The position numbers were made by a program, and so were the translations under genes. A stretch of DNA of 64,000 nt from Lama guanicoe (taxonomy: Eukaryota), in assembly GCA_013239625.1 (NCBI GenBank), contig MU054391.1:7969095-8033094 (forward strand). Direction: 5' to 3'. How positions within the stretch are numbered: position 1 is the first letter of the stretch; each line of letters starts with the position of its first letter. The notes below the pieces were generated by a model, which was not told the origin of the DNA, searched no databases, and saw only the letters and a program-made list of their open reading frames with translations. Shown here piece by piece: positions 62,621-64,000 of the stretch.

Positions 62621-64000
62621 CCTGCACCACCACCAACAGCACACAAACTCAGTGCCGTACTGTCTTCCTTATTTTGGGGGGTTAGGAACGTGTAGGTCTA
62701 AGGGGAGGAGCCGGGATTTCAACGTGGGTCTTTATCACGTTCTAGAGCGGCGACTTCTGCAACCACTTCAGTACAAACACAAGTCAGTCTCTAGAAGAAA
62801 CACTTCTGTCATGTCAAAACCAAATGTGACACCAGAAGGGAGCAGCAGTGGGTGCTTTAGCAAACAGTCGCTCAGAAGAGAAAGATCTGTTGGCCAGAGG
62901 AGACTCGCGGAATGAAACCTCCCTCTGCCCCGCCTCTGGAGCACCGCGTTTTCACTTCTCTCCCAGTGTGAGCGCATCATTTTTCTTCTTTTACAGCTGG
63001 CTGTTCATGCATTTTCACTCTCACTCTAATGTGAGAGCCCCTGGGGGGCAATCTTGGGCCTTACTCATCCTCATAGACCCAGACCCAGGAAAGAGCCTGA
63101 CCCTACCTGGGCAACGGCCACCTCCCGGAAGCCCCACTGACGTTGGCTGGTGTGCGAGGAGGCGGAGCTGTGTGTCCAGGAGTTCCCCACCGAGCAGGTG
63201 GGCAGTGGATGATGGCAAAGGATGGCCCTGCTCCAACGAGCCAGCTTCCAGGAAGTTCCCAGCCACATTCACATCTCCCTCCCCTGAATCCTCAGGGCAA
63301 TCTATTTGCTGTGCCCCGTGGCCCCCAGACCATCACATTCTCCTCCCAGTCCTGTGTACCAGGTGGACATTTATCCCTGGAGCTATTTATGCCCACGGCT
63401 GGTTTTCCTCTTAGCTTCCTTGACATGACCTGGTCAAGCAAAGTGATCACGTATTTTGAACAAAAGAATGTGCTTCTTTTCTAAACAAAATTTCCTTATT
63501 TACAAAGTGTAGCTCAAAAACTTCTTTCACAGATCATCGATACTAATGCCACTTTTTCCCCATGATGGATTACTTTATCCCCTTCCCAAAGCCCCTGGAA
63601 GGACACAGGAGGGCTGGAATCCTTGAGTGGGGGTGTGACTCTTTCCTGGTGGCAACAGGACCTCTCAGCCCTGTTGCCACAGGAAATAAAGCAGAGTTCC
63701 CATATCTTGGAGGTTATGTCTCTTCGTGGGAAGAGAAAAACCGTCGCCCTGCATTCCAGCTCCTGGGCTGTTTGCACCAGCTATTTTGGGGAAGGGGAAA
63801 GCCAGGCTCACAACACTTTCCCCAGAGAAAAGATGCCAATGTCAGTGTCAACCATTAGGAAATGCCATTAAAGCAGATGAGAAACGGGCTGTGGACATTT
63901 TTATGAGCCCAGAATACTCTGCTTGGAGATTTTATGGAGACCACAGGAAGCCAGAGAGACAATGACATTCATACCCTTTTTTAGAGTCTGGTGAGGAGCA

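Noticed and set aside
62848..63414. 188-aa ORF
   Set aside because: No recognisable homology, non-ATG start, low-complexity P/S composition.

Overview
Eutherian (placental mammal) non-coding DNA, intergenic or deep intronic. I see no credible intact protein-coding exon, RNA gene or CRISPR array. The six-frame ORFs are chance frames in repeats or GC-rich patches. The window is rich in ancient repeats (MIR, L2, old L1/HAL1, hAT MITEs MER3/MER5/MER58) and dense in ERVL/MaLR solo LTRs (about 10 MLT1, 4 MLT2), several of them nested. There is one young 5'-truncated L1 with a clean 10-bp TSD. I saw no Alu, B1/B2, Bov-A/tA, PRE-1, ERE or Can-SINE copies, which together with that L1 3' UTR suggests a camelid (inference). 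Most interesting observations: (1) a decayed, apparently intronless SLC25/UCP-like pseudogene trace at ~18.1-18.4 kb; (2) a ~0.9-kb internally deleted L1 derivative inserted into an older L1; (3) foreign sequence plus an A27 tract beside an assembly gap inside an MLT1A; (4) CpG-rich patches overprinting ancient repeats; (5) several repeat-free, motif-dense enhancer candidates. Repeat subfamily names come from recalled consensus sequences and boundaries are approximate unless a TSD is given. I found no convincing new multi-gene biological system.
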